A stretch of DNA of 64,000 nucleotides, taken from a virus. The notes beneath the pieces are model-generated. The model saw only the letters and a list, made by a program, of their open reading frames with translations. It was not told the DNA's origin and ran no database searches. Below, in pieces: positions 39,901 to 47,474 of the stretch. Every line of letters starts with the position of its first letter. Position 1 is the stretch's first letter. Both the position numbers and the translations under genes were made by a program. The stretch is from IMG/VR virus record IMGVR_UViG_3300025874_000005, positions 100,119 through 164,118 of that record; one strand, 5' to 3'.

Positions 39901-42900
39901 CTTCAGGAACAACAGGTACTTCGGGTACAAGTGGCTCAAACGGAGTAGCAGGTGAAAGTGGTTTAAGCGCAACTTCAGGTACTTCAGGAACGAGTGGAGT
40001 TGATGGTACATCAGGTACAAGTGGTGTAAGTGCAACAAGTGGTTCAGCAGGTACATCAGGTACTTCAGGTAAATCAGGAGCAGATGGAACAGCAGGTACT
40101 TCAGGTAAAAGTGCAACTTCAGGATCAGGAGGTACATCAGGTACAAGCGGTAAAAACGGAACAGCAGGAACCTCAGGTAAATCTAATACTTCAGGAAGTT
40201 CAGGTACAAATGGTACTTCAGGTAAAAATGGAACAGCAGGAACCTCAGGTAAATCAAATACTTCAGGAACATCAGGTACTTCGGGATCATCAGGTACTAA
40301 CGGTACAAGAGGCCTATCAGGTCAATCAAATACCTCAGGTACATCAGGTTCTTCAGGTTCAACGGGTACGGCAGGTACAAGCGGTAAATCAGGAGCAGAT
40401 GGAACAGCAGGAACTTCAGGTGTATCAAATACTTCAGGTTCTACAGGTACTTCAGGTAAGTCAGGAGCAGATGGAACCGCAGGAACCTCAGGTAAATCTA
40501 ATACTTCAGGATCAGGAGGTACTTCAGGTACTTCAGGTAAATCAGGAGCAGATGGAACAGCAGGAACTTCAGGTAAATCAAATACTTCAGGTTCTACAGG
40601 TACAAGTGGTACTTCCGGTAAAAGTGGAACAGCAGGTACAAGCGGTAAATCAAATACTTCAGGTACATCAGGTACTTCAGGATCATCAGGTACTAATGGT
40701 ACAAGAGGCCTATCAGGTCAATCAAATACCTCAGGTACATCAGGTTCTTCGGGTTCAACAGGTACAGCAGGTACAAGCGGTAAATCAGGAAAAGATGGTA
40801 CTGCGGGTACTTCAGGTGTATCAAATACTTCAGGTTCTACAGGTACTTCAGGTAAATCAGGAGCAGATGGAACAGCAGGAACATCAGGTAAAAGTTCAAC
40901 TTCAGGATCAGCAGGTACTTCAGGTAAATCAGGAGCAGATGGAACAGCAGGAACCTCAGGTAAATCAAATACATCAGGATCATCAGGTACATCAGGATCA
41001 TCAGGTATAGATGGGGGTAGTGGTGAAAGTGGCGAAAGCGCTACAAGTGGATCATCAGGTACTTCAGGTACTTCAGGTAAAAATGGTACTGCTGGAACTT
41101 CAGGTGTATCAAATACTTCAGGAAGTTCAGGTACAAATGGTACTTCAGGTAAAAATGGAACAGCAGGAACAAGTGGTAAATCAAACACTTCAGGTACATC
41201 AGGTACTTCGGGTTCCTCGGGTACTAATGGTACAAGAGGCCTATCAGGTCAATCAAATACCTCAGGTACCTCAGGTACATCAGGTTCTTCAGGTTCAACA
41301 GGTACGGCAGGTACAAGCGGTAAATCAGGAAAAGATGGAACAGCCGGAACATCAGGTAAAAGTGCAACTTCAGGATCAGGAGGTACTTCAGGTACTTCAG
41401 GTAAGTCAGGAGCAGATGGAACAGCAGGTACTTCAGGTAAAAGTGCAACTTCAGGATCAGGAGGTACATCAGGTACTTCAGGTAAAAATGGAACAGCAGG
41501 AACAAGTGGTAAATCAAACACTTCAGGAACATCCGGTACTTCAGGTTCCTCAGGTACTAACGGTACAAGAGGCCTATCAGGTCAATCAAATACCTCAGGT
41601 ACCTCAGGTACATCAGGTTCTTCAGGTTCAACGGGTACAGCAGGTACTTCAGGTAAATCAGGAGCAGATGGAACAGCAGGAACATCAGGTAAATCTAATA
41701 CTTCAGGTTCTACAGGTACTTCAGGTAAGTCAGGAGCAGATGGAACAGCAGGTACTTCAGGTGTATCAAATACTTCAGGATCAGCAGGTACTTCAGGTAA
41801 ATCAGGAGCAGATGGAACAGCAGGTACTTCAGGTGTATCAAATACTTCAGGATCAGCAGGTACTTCAGGTAAATCAGGAGCAGATGGAACAGCAGGAACC
41901 TCAGGTAAATCAAACACTTCAGGTTCTACAGGTACTTCAGGTACTTCAGGTAAATCAGGAGCAGATGGAACAGCAGGAACTTCAGGTAAATCAAATACTT
42001 CAGGTTCAACGGGTACGGCAGGTACAAGCGGTAAATCAGGAGCAGATGGAACAGCAGGAACATCAGGTAAATCTAATACTTCAGGATCAGCAGGTACTTC
42101 AGGTAAATCAGGAGCAGATGGAACAGCAGGAACCTCAGGTAAAAGTGCAACTTCAGGATCAGGAGGTACTTCAGGTACAAGCGGTAAAAACGGAACAGCA
42201 GGTACGTCAGGTACTTCAGGATCATCAGGTACAACTGGTTCAAGTGGTGTAGGTGGTGCTGGTGGTGTTTCAGGTGGATCAGGTACATCTGGTACATCAG
42301 GAAAAGATGGTACTTCAGGATCATCAGGTACATCAGGTACATCAGGTACTTCAGGTACTTCAGGTAAAAATGGTACAAGTGGTACATCAGGTATAAACGG
42401 TGCCTCAGGAGCGAGTGGAACACCTTTAGAGGTTTGGGTTGATGATAATACATCATTAGATTATGCTGCAAATATTAAGATAAATGGAGCAAATTATACA
42501 CAAGCATCACCATTTACATTAAATACAGATTTTTCATTAGGTATTACAAACCCATTCCAAATAGGTAAAAACCAACCAGACTTAACTAATACAAGTGCAA
42601 TTAATGGTACAGGATTTATTGAATATCTAATCCCAGGTGCAGATGGTTTTACTGGGGAATTTTATACTGGTGGGGGGAATGCAGGTGGAGTAACTCAATT
42701 TGAATTAGTAGCTTTAAACAGTGCTGGTAATTGGGATGAAGCAGATGCTGATTTATCATCAACAAAGAATTTATTGGGTGTTGCATATAAGGCAACCGGA
42801 GTATTGGTTGATGTTATATTAAGAGGTATGATTAAATCTAAGACTTTTAGTTTTACTGTTGGAGCACCAGTTTATGTTTCAAGAACACCTGGGGGTTTCA

Positions 42901-43013
42901 CACAATCATTAACAGGATTTGTTACTGGTGATTATGTAAGATTAGTAGGACATTCCATAGAAACTAATGTTTTATATTTCAACCCAGAACCAACATGGAT
43001 CTTAATTTCATAA
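33990..43013 (+). CDS. Giant Gly-Thr-Ser triplet-repeat (collagen-like/PPII-like) fibre protein, 3007 aa
   Basis: About 280-aa globular N-terminus, about 2530 aa of period-3 repeats, about 195-aa globular C-terminus; synonymous codon variation across repeats indicates selection on the protein. Confidence 0.85.
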   Translation: MALDKIKKSNRLLQSKRYTMEQSTDAQEAFTRTLDINAGDVYIRENFVPLNNLPYSGSGQNQDTIESGSALTAVDIVKFHFQHQLTPSSVVNGSKTEVFFFISKSAHDPTIAVTPQIIQDGQQTNFLSPKYSDASLTFKNTEDNVPAGNGTPGYNVTVRVNGTEQDSAFYQFDYKTGVIQFVDNSVSPSTGDTVVLSAYQYVGPTLADGGVGGGNAFPFSGSAQITGSVGGVPGGFAVTGSSTFDVSGTGDDFSIISAPIQDRPELLTYNPSTGLIGYVNATSGTSGFSGSSGTAGQSGTSGTSGSSGSTGTNGTSGESGTSGTSGESATSGTSGTSGTSGTSGENGTNGTSGLSATSGSSGTSGTSGESGTAGTSGESATSGSSGTSGTSGESGTVGTSGESATSGSSGTSGTSGADGTRGTSGSSGTSGTSGTSGTSGADGTRGTSGESATSGSSGTSGTSGESGTAGTSGESATSGSSGTSGTSGADGTRGTSGESATSGSTGTSGTSGSNGVAGESGLSATSGTSGTSGADGTSGTSGLSATSGSSGTSGTSGADGTRGTSGESATSGSSGTSGTSGESGTAGTSGESSTSGSSGTSGTSGADGTSGTSGKSATSGSTGTNGTSGSNGVAGESGLSATSGTSGTSGADGTSGTSGVSGTAGSSGTSGTSGADGTRGTSGESATSGSSGTSGTSGESGTAGTSGESETSGSSGTSGTSGADGTSGTSGLSATSGSTGTNGTSGSNGVAGESGLSATSGTSGTSGVDGTSGTNGKSGTSGSSGTSGTSGADGTNGTSGLSATSGSSGTSGTSGTSGESGTAGTSGESATSGSAGTSGTSGESGTNGTSGESATSGSTGTNGTSGSNGVAGESGLSATSGTSGTSGVDGTSGTSGVSGTGGSSGTSGTSGADGTNGTSGLSSTSGSTGTSGTSGESGTAGTSGESETSGSSGTSGTSGADGTSGTSGLSATSGSTGTSGTSGSNGVAGESGLSATSGTSGTSGADGTSGTSGESGESGSSGTSGTSGADGTSGTSGLSATSGSSGTSGTSGAEGTKGTSGKSGKSGTSGSAGTSGTSGETGTNGTSGLSATSGSTGTNGTSGSNGVAGESGLSATSGTSGTSGVDGTSGTSGVSGTGGSSGTSGTSGADGTAGTSGESSTSGSSGTSGTSGESGTAGTSGESKTSGSSGTSGTSGETGTNGTSGKSATSGSTGTNGTSGSNGVAGESGLSATSGTSGTSGVDGTSGTSGISGTSGSSGTSGTSGADGTNGTSGLSATSGSGGTSGTSGADGTNGTSGKSATSGSSGTSGTSGKTGTNGTSGKSNTSGTSGTSGSSGTNGTRGLSGKSNTSGTSGTSGSTGTSGTSGESGTAGTSGESATSGSTGTSGTSGSNGVAGESGLSATSGTSGTSGVDGTSGTSGVSATSGSSGTSGTSGADGTAGTSGESNLSGTSGTSGTSGTSGSRGTSGTSGENGTSGTSGVSATSGSAGTSGTSGETGTNGTSGLSGKSGTSGSAGTSGTSGKSGKNGTAGTSGKSSTSGSAGTNGTSGKNGTAGTSGKSGTSGSTGTNGTSGSNGVAGESGLSATSGTSGTSGVDGTSGTSGESGGSGSSGTSGTSGTDGTNGTKGSSGNSATSGSSGTSGTSGESGTSGTSGLSSTSGSSGTSGTSGKSGKDGTAGTSGKSNTSGSSGTSGTSGTSGESGTSGTSGLSSTSGSSGTSGTSGKNGTAGTSGKSNTSGTTGTSGTSGSNGVAGESGLSATSGTSGTSGVDGTSGTSGLSGTAGSSGTAGTSGKSGKDGTSGTSGKSGTSGSAGTNGTSGKSSTSGTSGLSSTSGSSGTSGTSGADGTAGTSGESNLSGTSGTSGTSGTSGSRGTSGTSGKNGTAGTSGLSSTSGSAGTAGTSGKSGTAGTSGKSNTSGTSGTSGSSGTNGTRGLSGQSNTSGTSGSSGSTGTAGTSGKSGVAGTSGKSSTSGTTGTSGTSGSNGVAGESGLSATSGTSGTSGVDGTSGTSGVSATSGSAGTSGTSGKSGADGTAGTSGKSATSGSGGTSGTSGKNGTAGTSGKSNTSGSSGTNGTSGKNGTAGTSGKSNTSGTSGTSGSSGTNGTRGLSGQSNTSGTSGSSGSTGTAGTSGKSGADGTAGTSGVSNTSGSTGTSGKSGADGTAGTSGKSNTSGSGGTSGTSGKSGADGTAGTSGKSNTSGSTGTSGTSGKSGTAGTSGKSNTSGTSGTSGSSGTNGTRGLSGQSNTSGTSGSSGSTGTAGTSGKSGKDGTAGTSGVSNTSGSTGTSGKSGADGTAGTSGKSSTSGSAGTSGKSGADGTAGTSGKSNTSGSSGTSGSSGIDGGSGESGESATSGSSGTSGTSGKNGTAGTSGVSNTSGSSGTNGTSGKNGTAGTSGKSNTSGTSGTSGSSGTNGTRGLSGQSNTSGTSGTSGSSGSTGTAGTSGKSGKDGTAGTSGKSATSGSGGTSGTSGKSGADGTAGTSGKSATSGSGGTSGTSGKNGTAGTSGKSNTSGTSGTSGSSGTNGTRGLSGQSNTSGTSGTSGSSGSTGTAGTSGKSGADGTAGTSGKSNTSGSTGTSGKSGADGTAGTSGVSNTSGSAGTSGKSGADGTAGTSGVSNTSGSAGTSGKSGADGTAGTSGKSNTSGSTGTSGTSGKSGADGTAGTSGKSNTSGSTGTAGTSGKSGADGTAGTSGKSNTSGSAGTSGKSGADGTAGTSGKSATSGSGGTSGTSGKNGTAGTSGTSGSSGTTGSSGVGGAGGVSGGSGTSGTSGKDGTSGSSGTSGTSGTSGTSGKNGTSGTSGINGASGASGTPLEVWVDDNTSLDYAANIKINGANYTQASPFTLNTDFSLGITNPFQIGKNQPDLTNTSAINGTGFIEYLIPGADGFTGEFYTGGGNAGGVTQFELVALNSAGNWDEADADLSSTKNLLGVAYKATGVLVDVILRGMIKSKTFSFTVGAPVYVSRTPGGFTQSLTGFVTGDYVRLVGHSIETNVLYFNPEPTWILIS
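34833..42423 (+). repeat. 7.6-kb degenerate 9-bp coding tandem repeat (GGT ACT/ACA TCA) with a 351-360-bp higher-order unit
   Basis: ggtacttca/ggtacatca/ggaacaagt units throughout; SNGVAGESGLSATS marker recurs 11 times. Confidence 0.95.
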
Positions 43014-43017
43014 AAAT

Positions 43018-43746
43018 ATGCCTCAAGTAAATTTAGCCCCATATACTACAAACAGCTCTAACTATGCTTTAGGTAATATTAGAAGAACGGGTGTAGGTTC
43101 CTGGACTTCTATTAGAACAGGCACACCAGTTTCAGGAAATGTGTCTCAAACAGGTAATTCTACTAAAAGTATTGGTGTTGCTTGGACTGGAGGTAGTAGA
43201 GGATCATATAGCTTATATAGAAATTATATATGGTATGATGTAACAGCCTACCAAAGCGTTTTAATAACTTCAGCAGAATTAACTTGTCCTACAACGGCAG
43301 GGGTAACTGCTTTAGCACTTCCAGTAATAGCAGTAGATAGTAGTACTGCTTTTAGTAATAATTCAAACACAACATTAAGTTTAAGTCAATTTCTTTCTAC
43401 TTCTTTTGTAGCTTATAGTAATTCTACAAATTGGGCACAAACCACAGGTTTCCAACAAATAACCCTAAATAGTTCAGCAATAGTAGCAATACAAAATGGA
43501 AATAATTTTGGAGTTGGTATTATAGACCATAATTATGATTTTCAAAATGTTCAACCCTCAGGTATTGGATTTGATGGTTTTTATTTAGGTGATATGTCAA
43601 ATGCAACACAAAGATCAAGATGGACATTAACTTTAAATTACATAGCAGGATGGTCAGCCGGAGACATGAATGGAGTGGCAAGTAGTGACATGGGGGAAGT
43701 TAATGGTGTAGCTATAGCAGACATAAGTGAAATTAATGGTATTTAA
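43018..43746 (+). CDS. Ser/Thr-rich beta-sandwich-like structural protein
   Basis: 242 aa; YRNYIWYDVT...ITSAEL pattern; C-terminal 11-residue NGV/NGI repeats. Confidence 0.55.
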   Translation: MPQVNLAPYTTNSSNYALGNIRRTGVGSWTSIRTGTPVSGNVSQTGNSTKSIGVAWTGGSRGSYSLYRNYIWYDVTAYQSVLITSAELTCPTTAGVTALALPVIAVDSSTAFSNNSNTTLSLSQFLSTSFVAYSNSTNWAQTTGFQQITLNSSAIVAIQNGNNFGVGIIDHNYDFQNVQPSGIGFDGFYLGDMSNATQRSRWTLTLNYIAGWSAGDMNGVASSDMGEVNGVAIADISEINGI

Positions 43747-43752
43747 CAATAG

Positions 43753-43783
43753 TTTGGATATGTAATTAATATTTATTATATTG
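43753..43783 (+). promoter_or_regulatory. Putative Bacteroidota-type promoter overlapping a late-motif variant
   Basis: TTTG 43753-43756, 20-nt spacer, TATATTG 43777-43783; ATATTTATTA at 43769-43778. Confidence 0.5.
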
Positions 43784-43808
43784 TCAAGTAGTTTTAAAAA
43801 ATAGTTAT

Positions 43809-46520
43809 ATGAAGAAAATCTTATTTATAGCGCCTCATCTTTCAACAGGAGGACTCCCACAATATTTAACTAAAAAAATTGAACTTATTAAAGATGAGTT
43901 TGAAGTATATGTAGTAGAATGGGTAGATTGTACTGGGGGGAAATTAGTTGTAACCAAAAATAAAATATTAGAATTAGTAGATAATAATAAATTTTTTACA
44001 CTTGAAGAAGATAAAAGTGAATTATTTAATATTATAGATAGGATTACACCAGACATTATTCATTTAGAAGAAATTCCTGAGTATTTTATGGATGATGATA
44101 TAGCTCGAAAGTTATATGATGTAAATAGAAGTTATTTTTTAGTAGAAACATCACATGATTCTTCTATGGATACAGACACTAAAATATTCTCACCAGATAA
44201 GTTTATGTTTGTGTCAAACTGGCAAATAGAACAGTATAAAAACATAGATATACCTAAAATACTGGTAGAATACCCAATTGAATATATCCCCAGACCTAAT
44301 AGAGAAAATGCGTTAAAACGCTTAAATCTCGACCCATCAAAAAAACATATATTACATATAGGTTTATTTACTTCTAGAAAAAACCAAAAAGAATTTTTTG
44401 AATATGCTGAAGCATTACCTGAATATGAATTTCATAGTGTAGGAAACCAGGCAGATAATTTTAAATGGTATTGGGAACCTTTAATGGAAAATAAACCAAC
44501 TAATTTAACTTGGTGGGGTGAACGAACTGATGTAAATAATTTCTATCAATCAATGGATTTATTTTTATTTACATCTAGAGGAAGTAAAAATGATAAAGAA
44601 ACAATGCCTCTAGTAATACGTGAAGCTTTATCTTATCAAATACCACAACTATTATATAATTTAGAAGTTTATCAAAATTATTTTGAAGACTATAATACAA
44701 TTAATTATTTAGATTTTGCAGATTTTAATAAGAACGTTAAATTAATTAAAAATCAACTAAATACCCCTTCTATAATACCCCCAGATGTTGAAGAAAAAGA
44801 AGCATATGTGATTTGTACTTACCCAAATACACAAGCAGTAGTAGATACCACAATAGAATGTATTAAATCATTAAGAAAAAACAGTAATAGAAAAATAATT
44901 ATATCCGCACATTGTCCTGTTCCAAAGGAATTACAGGGTATGGTTGATTATGTTTTTTATGAAAAAAATAATTTATTAACAAAACATACATTCTACTCAG
45001 GTTATTGGATGTATCATGATCAATATGATACCCATGTAAATTTAAAAGGTGAAGATAATGATAGATATCACGGCCCAGCATGTTATACATCCTTCTATAA
45101 CCCAGCAACATTTGCTAAAGAATTAGGGATTGAAAAATTATACTATATTAACTTTGATTATATTCTTAAAGATAGTAGTTATATAGATTATATATCTAAA
45201 AAATTAAATACTCATGATACTTTCTTTGGTGAATATGAAGCACAAGAAGGTAAATGTTATTATACATATTTCTTTGCAGTCAAACCAGATGCAATTTTAA
45301 GACATTGTGATTTTATAGAAACTGAAAATCAATATAATAGTCTTATGGATAAGTATGAGGCTGAATCTAATGGTATTGAAAATTTATATTATCATATATT
45401 TAAAAATAATATAAATAACTATATTGAACCAAAAGAAAAATTTGAATCTGATGCTGAAAAGTATTTTGAATTTGAGGATTATTCAATGATTGAATATTAT
45501 ACTATACTTCCTACAGATGTAGATAATCATTTTTGTCCTTGGATAACTATTTCTAATGCTAAAGAAAGTAAGAATATCTACTATACAGTAGAAAAAAATG
45601 GTGAAGTTATCATTGATAGATTGCTAGAAGTTAGGGGAAAATTTTCATTTTGGGATTTAGTAAAATATGATTTAGATGATAACATCATAGTTACATTTGA
45701 TGTAAAAGATACTAATACTGGAGAAAGTGTAAAATATCATAAATTTAATTTAAATAAAGATTATTTTTTAAATACAATGCCTAATAATGGTATGTTTAAT
45801 TGGAAAGGAGATAGAAGTAGATACAACCCAAAAATTAAACTAATGCATTTAGTTACAGAACCAGATGTAAATGAAAAAGAAATAAGATCAGTAAAAAATA
45901 TTAAAGAATTTTGTGAATCAACAGGTATAGAATACGAACAAAGAATAAATAAAATATGGACTGACTTACCCCCAATTGATACTTGTAATAGACCTGAAGA
46001 TGTTCAAGACAAACCAGGATATTATAAACTAGCACCAGGACATTATGGGTGTTATAAAGCACACACAAATGCTATTATGTCTGAAAATAATAAAGATTAT
46101 GATTATATTTTAATCTTTGAAGGGGATGTTATTGTTGATTCCCCATTTGATGAATTAAAACAAGCTTTAAATCGTTTTAGTAATCTATCTAAATCTAATA
46201 ATCAGGACATTATAGGATTTGGCAACCCTTACCAAAATCGTAATTTAAATGGGCCTAAAATTGAAGACATATACACTAATATATCTCCATTTATACCTGC
46301 ACAATCTTATTTAATAAATAAAAATAAATTACAACTTATTCAAGATAAAATTAAAAATACAAAATGGGATGCTTTTGATATGTGGGTATGTAATGTAGCT
46401 AAATTAAAAGTAGGAACAGCAGAAAAAATTTATACTAAACATCTACCAGGATTTAGTATAATTGAGCAAGAAATAAAAACAACAGACGAAAATAGTCCTT
46501 TAATATACGCTGGAGAATGA
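43809..46520 (+). CDS. Multidomain glycosyltransferase (N-terminal GT-B/GT4-like, central unknown domain, C-terminal GT-A/GT25-like)
   Basis: HLSTGGLPQY, RKNQ, DLFLFTS...ETMPLVIREA (GT4 ExxxxxxxE); C-terminal GHYGCYKAH, ILIFEGD, AQSYLIN, AFD. Confidence 0.8.
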   Translation: MKKILFIAPHLSTGGLPQYLTKKIELIKDEFEVYVVEWVDCTGGKLVVTKNKILELVDNNKFFTLEEDKSELFNIIDRITPDIIHLEEIPEYFMDDDIARKLYDVNRSYFLVETSHDSSMDTDTKIFSPDKFMFVSNWQIEQYKNIDIPKILVEYPIEYIPRPNRENALKRLNLDPSKKHILHIGLFTSRKNQKEFFEYAEALPEYEFHSVGNQADNFKWYWEPLMENKPTNLTWWGERTDVNNFYQSMDLFLFTSRGSKNDKETMPLVIREALSYQIPQLLYNLEVYQNYFEDYNTINYLDFADFNKNVKLIKNQLNTPSIIPPDVEEKEAYVICTYPNTQAVVDTTIECIKSLRKNSNRKIIISAHCPVPKELQGMVDYVFYEKNNLLTKHTFYSGYWMYHDQYDTHVNLKGEDNDRYHGPACYTSFYNPATFAKELGIEKLYYINFDYILKDSSYIDYISKKLNTHDTFFGEYEAQEGKCYYTYFFAVKPDAILRHCDFIETENQYNSLMDKYEAESNGIENLYYHIFKNNINNYIEPKEKFESDAEKYFEFEDYSMIEYYTILPTDVDNHFCPWITISNAKESKNIYYTVEKNGEVIIDRLLEVRGKFSFWDLVKYDLDDNIIVTFDVKDTNTGESVKYHKFNLNKDYFLNTMPNNGMFNWKGDRSRYNPKIKLMHLVTEPDVNEKEIRSVKNIKEFCESTGIEYEQRINKIWTDLPPIDTCNRPEDVQDKPGYYKLAPGHYGCYKAHTNAIMSENNKDYDYILIFEGDVIVDSPFDELKQALNRFSNLSKSNNQDIIGFGNPYQNRNLNGPKIEDIYTNISPFIPAQSYLINKNKLQLIQDKIKNTKWDAFDMWVCNVAKLKVGTAEKIYTKHLPGFSIIEQEIKTTDENSPLIYAGE

Positions 46521-47473
46521 AAATATGCCATGTAGACCCAGCTTGTGGGTTAGATATCCCACCAAAAAATTGGGGAGCAATTGAAAAAATTATTTGGGAA
46601 TTTATAAATAATCAAAAATTACTAGGCCATGAATCTACCTACAAATTATCTTCTCATATTAATCTTGGAGAATTTGATATTGTACATTGTCATGTAGCTA
46701 ATTTAGCAATTGGTTTACAAGAAAGAAATATACCCTATATATTCCAACTTCATGACCACCATGCATTTCATTATGGTAAAGACTCACATATATTTAAAGA
46801 AAATTTAAAAGCTATAGAAGGATCACTTTTAACCTTACTACCAGGTAAATTTTTAGTTGATTATTTTAACCACCCCAAAGCACAATATTTTTCTCATGGG
46901 GTTAATGTTAATGAATTTTATCCTTCACCTAACCCAAATCCTATAAAAATAACAAACCCCAAACTGTTGATGGTTGCAGCTAATGGTTTAGCTGGTGATA
47001 AGGGTTATGATAGAAAAGGATTTAAATATGGATTAGCTTTAGCAGCAAAACATAATTTAGATATAACCATAGCAGGTCCAAACTTTAATAAAGAATTTTT
47101 TAATCAACATTTAGAAATGTTTAATTATCCAAAATTAAACTTAGTCTTTGATACACCCAACAATAAATTATTAGAATTATATCACAAACATGATATTTTT
47201 ATTCACCCTACAATGCTAGAAGCAGGCCACCCAAATTTAACTATGATTGAAGCCGCAGCTGCTGGTTTACCTATAATAGCAAATTGGGAATATGAAACAG
47301 ATTTTCATGGTGCTTGGAGATCACCACGTGATATATTTCACATGGAAGTAGGGTTAAAAGATATAATAAATAACTATGACTATTATAAAGTTAGAGCAGT
47401 AGCTACTGGAAAAGAATTAAGCTGGAAAAACAGAACAAAAGATTTATTAGAAATTTATAAAAATTTTATATAA
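46517..47473 (+). CDS. GT-B glycosyltransferase (GT4-like)
   Basis: IPPKNWGAIE, HGVNVNEF, RKG, DIFIHPT..EAGHPNLTMIEAAAAGLPII. Confidence 0.85.
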   Translation: MKICHVDPACGLDIPPKNWGAIEKIIWEFINNQKLLGHESTYKLSSHINLGEFDIVHCHVANLAIGLQERNIPYIFQLHDHHAFHYGKDSHIFKENLKAIEGSLLTLLPGKFLVDYFNHPKAQYFSHGVNVNEFYPSPNPNPIKITNPKLLMVAANGLAGDKGYDRKGFKYGLALAAKHNLDITIAGPNFNKEFFNQHLEMFNYPKLNLVFDTPNNKLLELYHKHDIFIHPTMLEAGHPNLTMIEAAAAGLPIIANWEYETDFHGAWRSPRDIFHMEVGLKDIINNYDYYKVRAVATGKELSWKNRTKDLLEIYKNFI

Positions 47474-47474
47474 T

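Noticed and set aside
34833-42423. Possible CRISPR array or non-coding satellite
   Set aside because: No constant repeat with unique spacers; the repeat is an in-frame coding triplet array within one ORF
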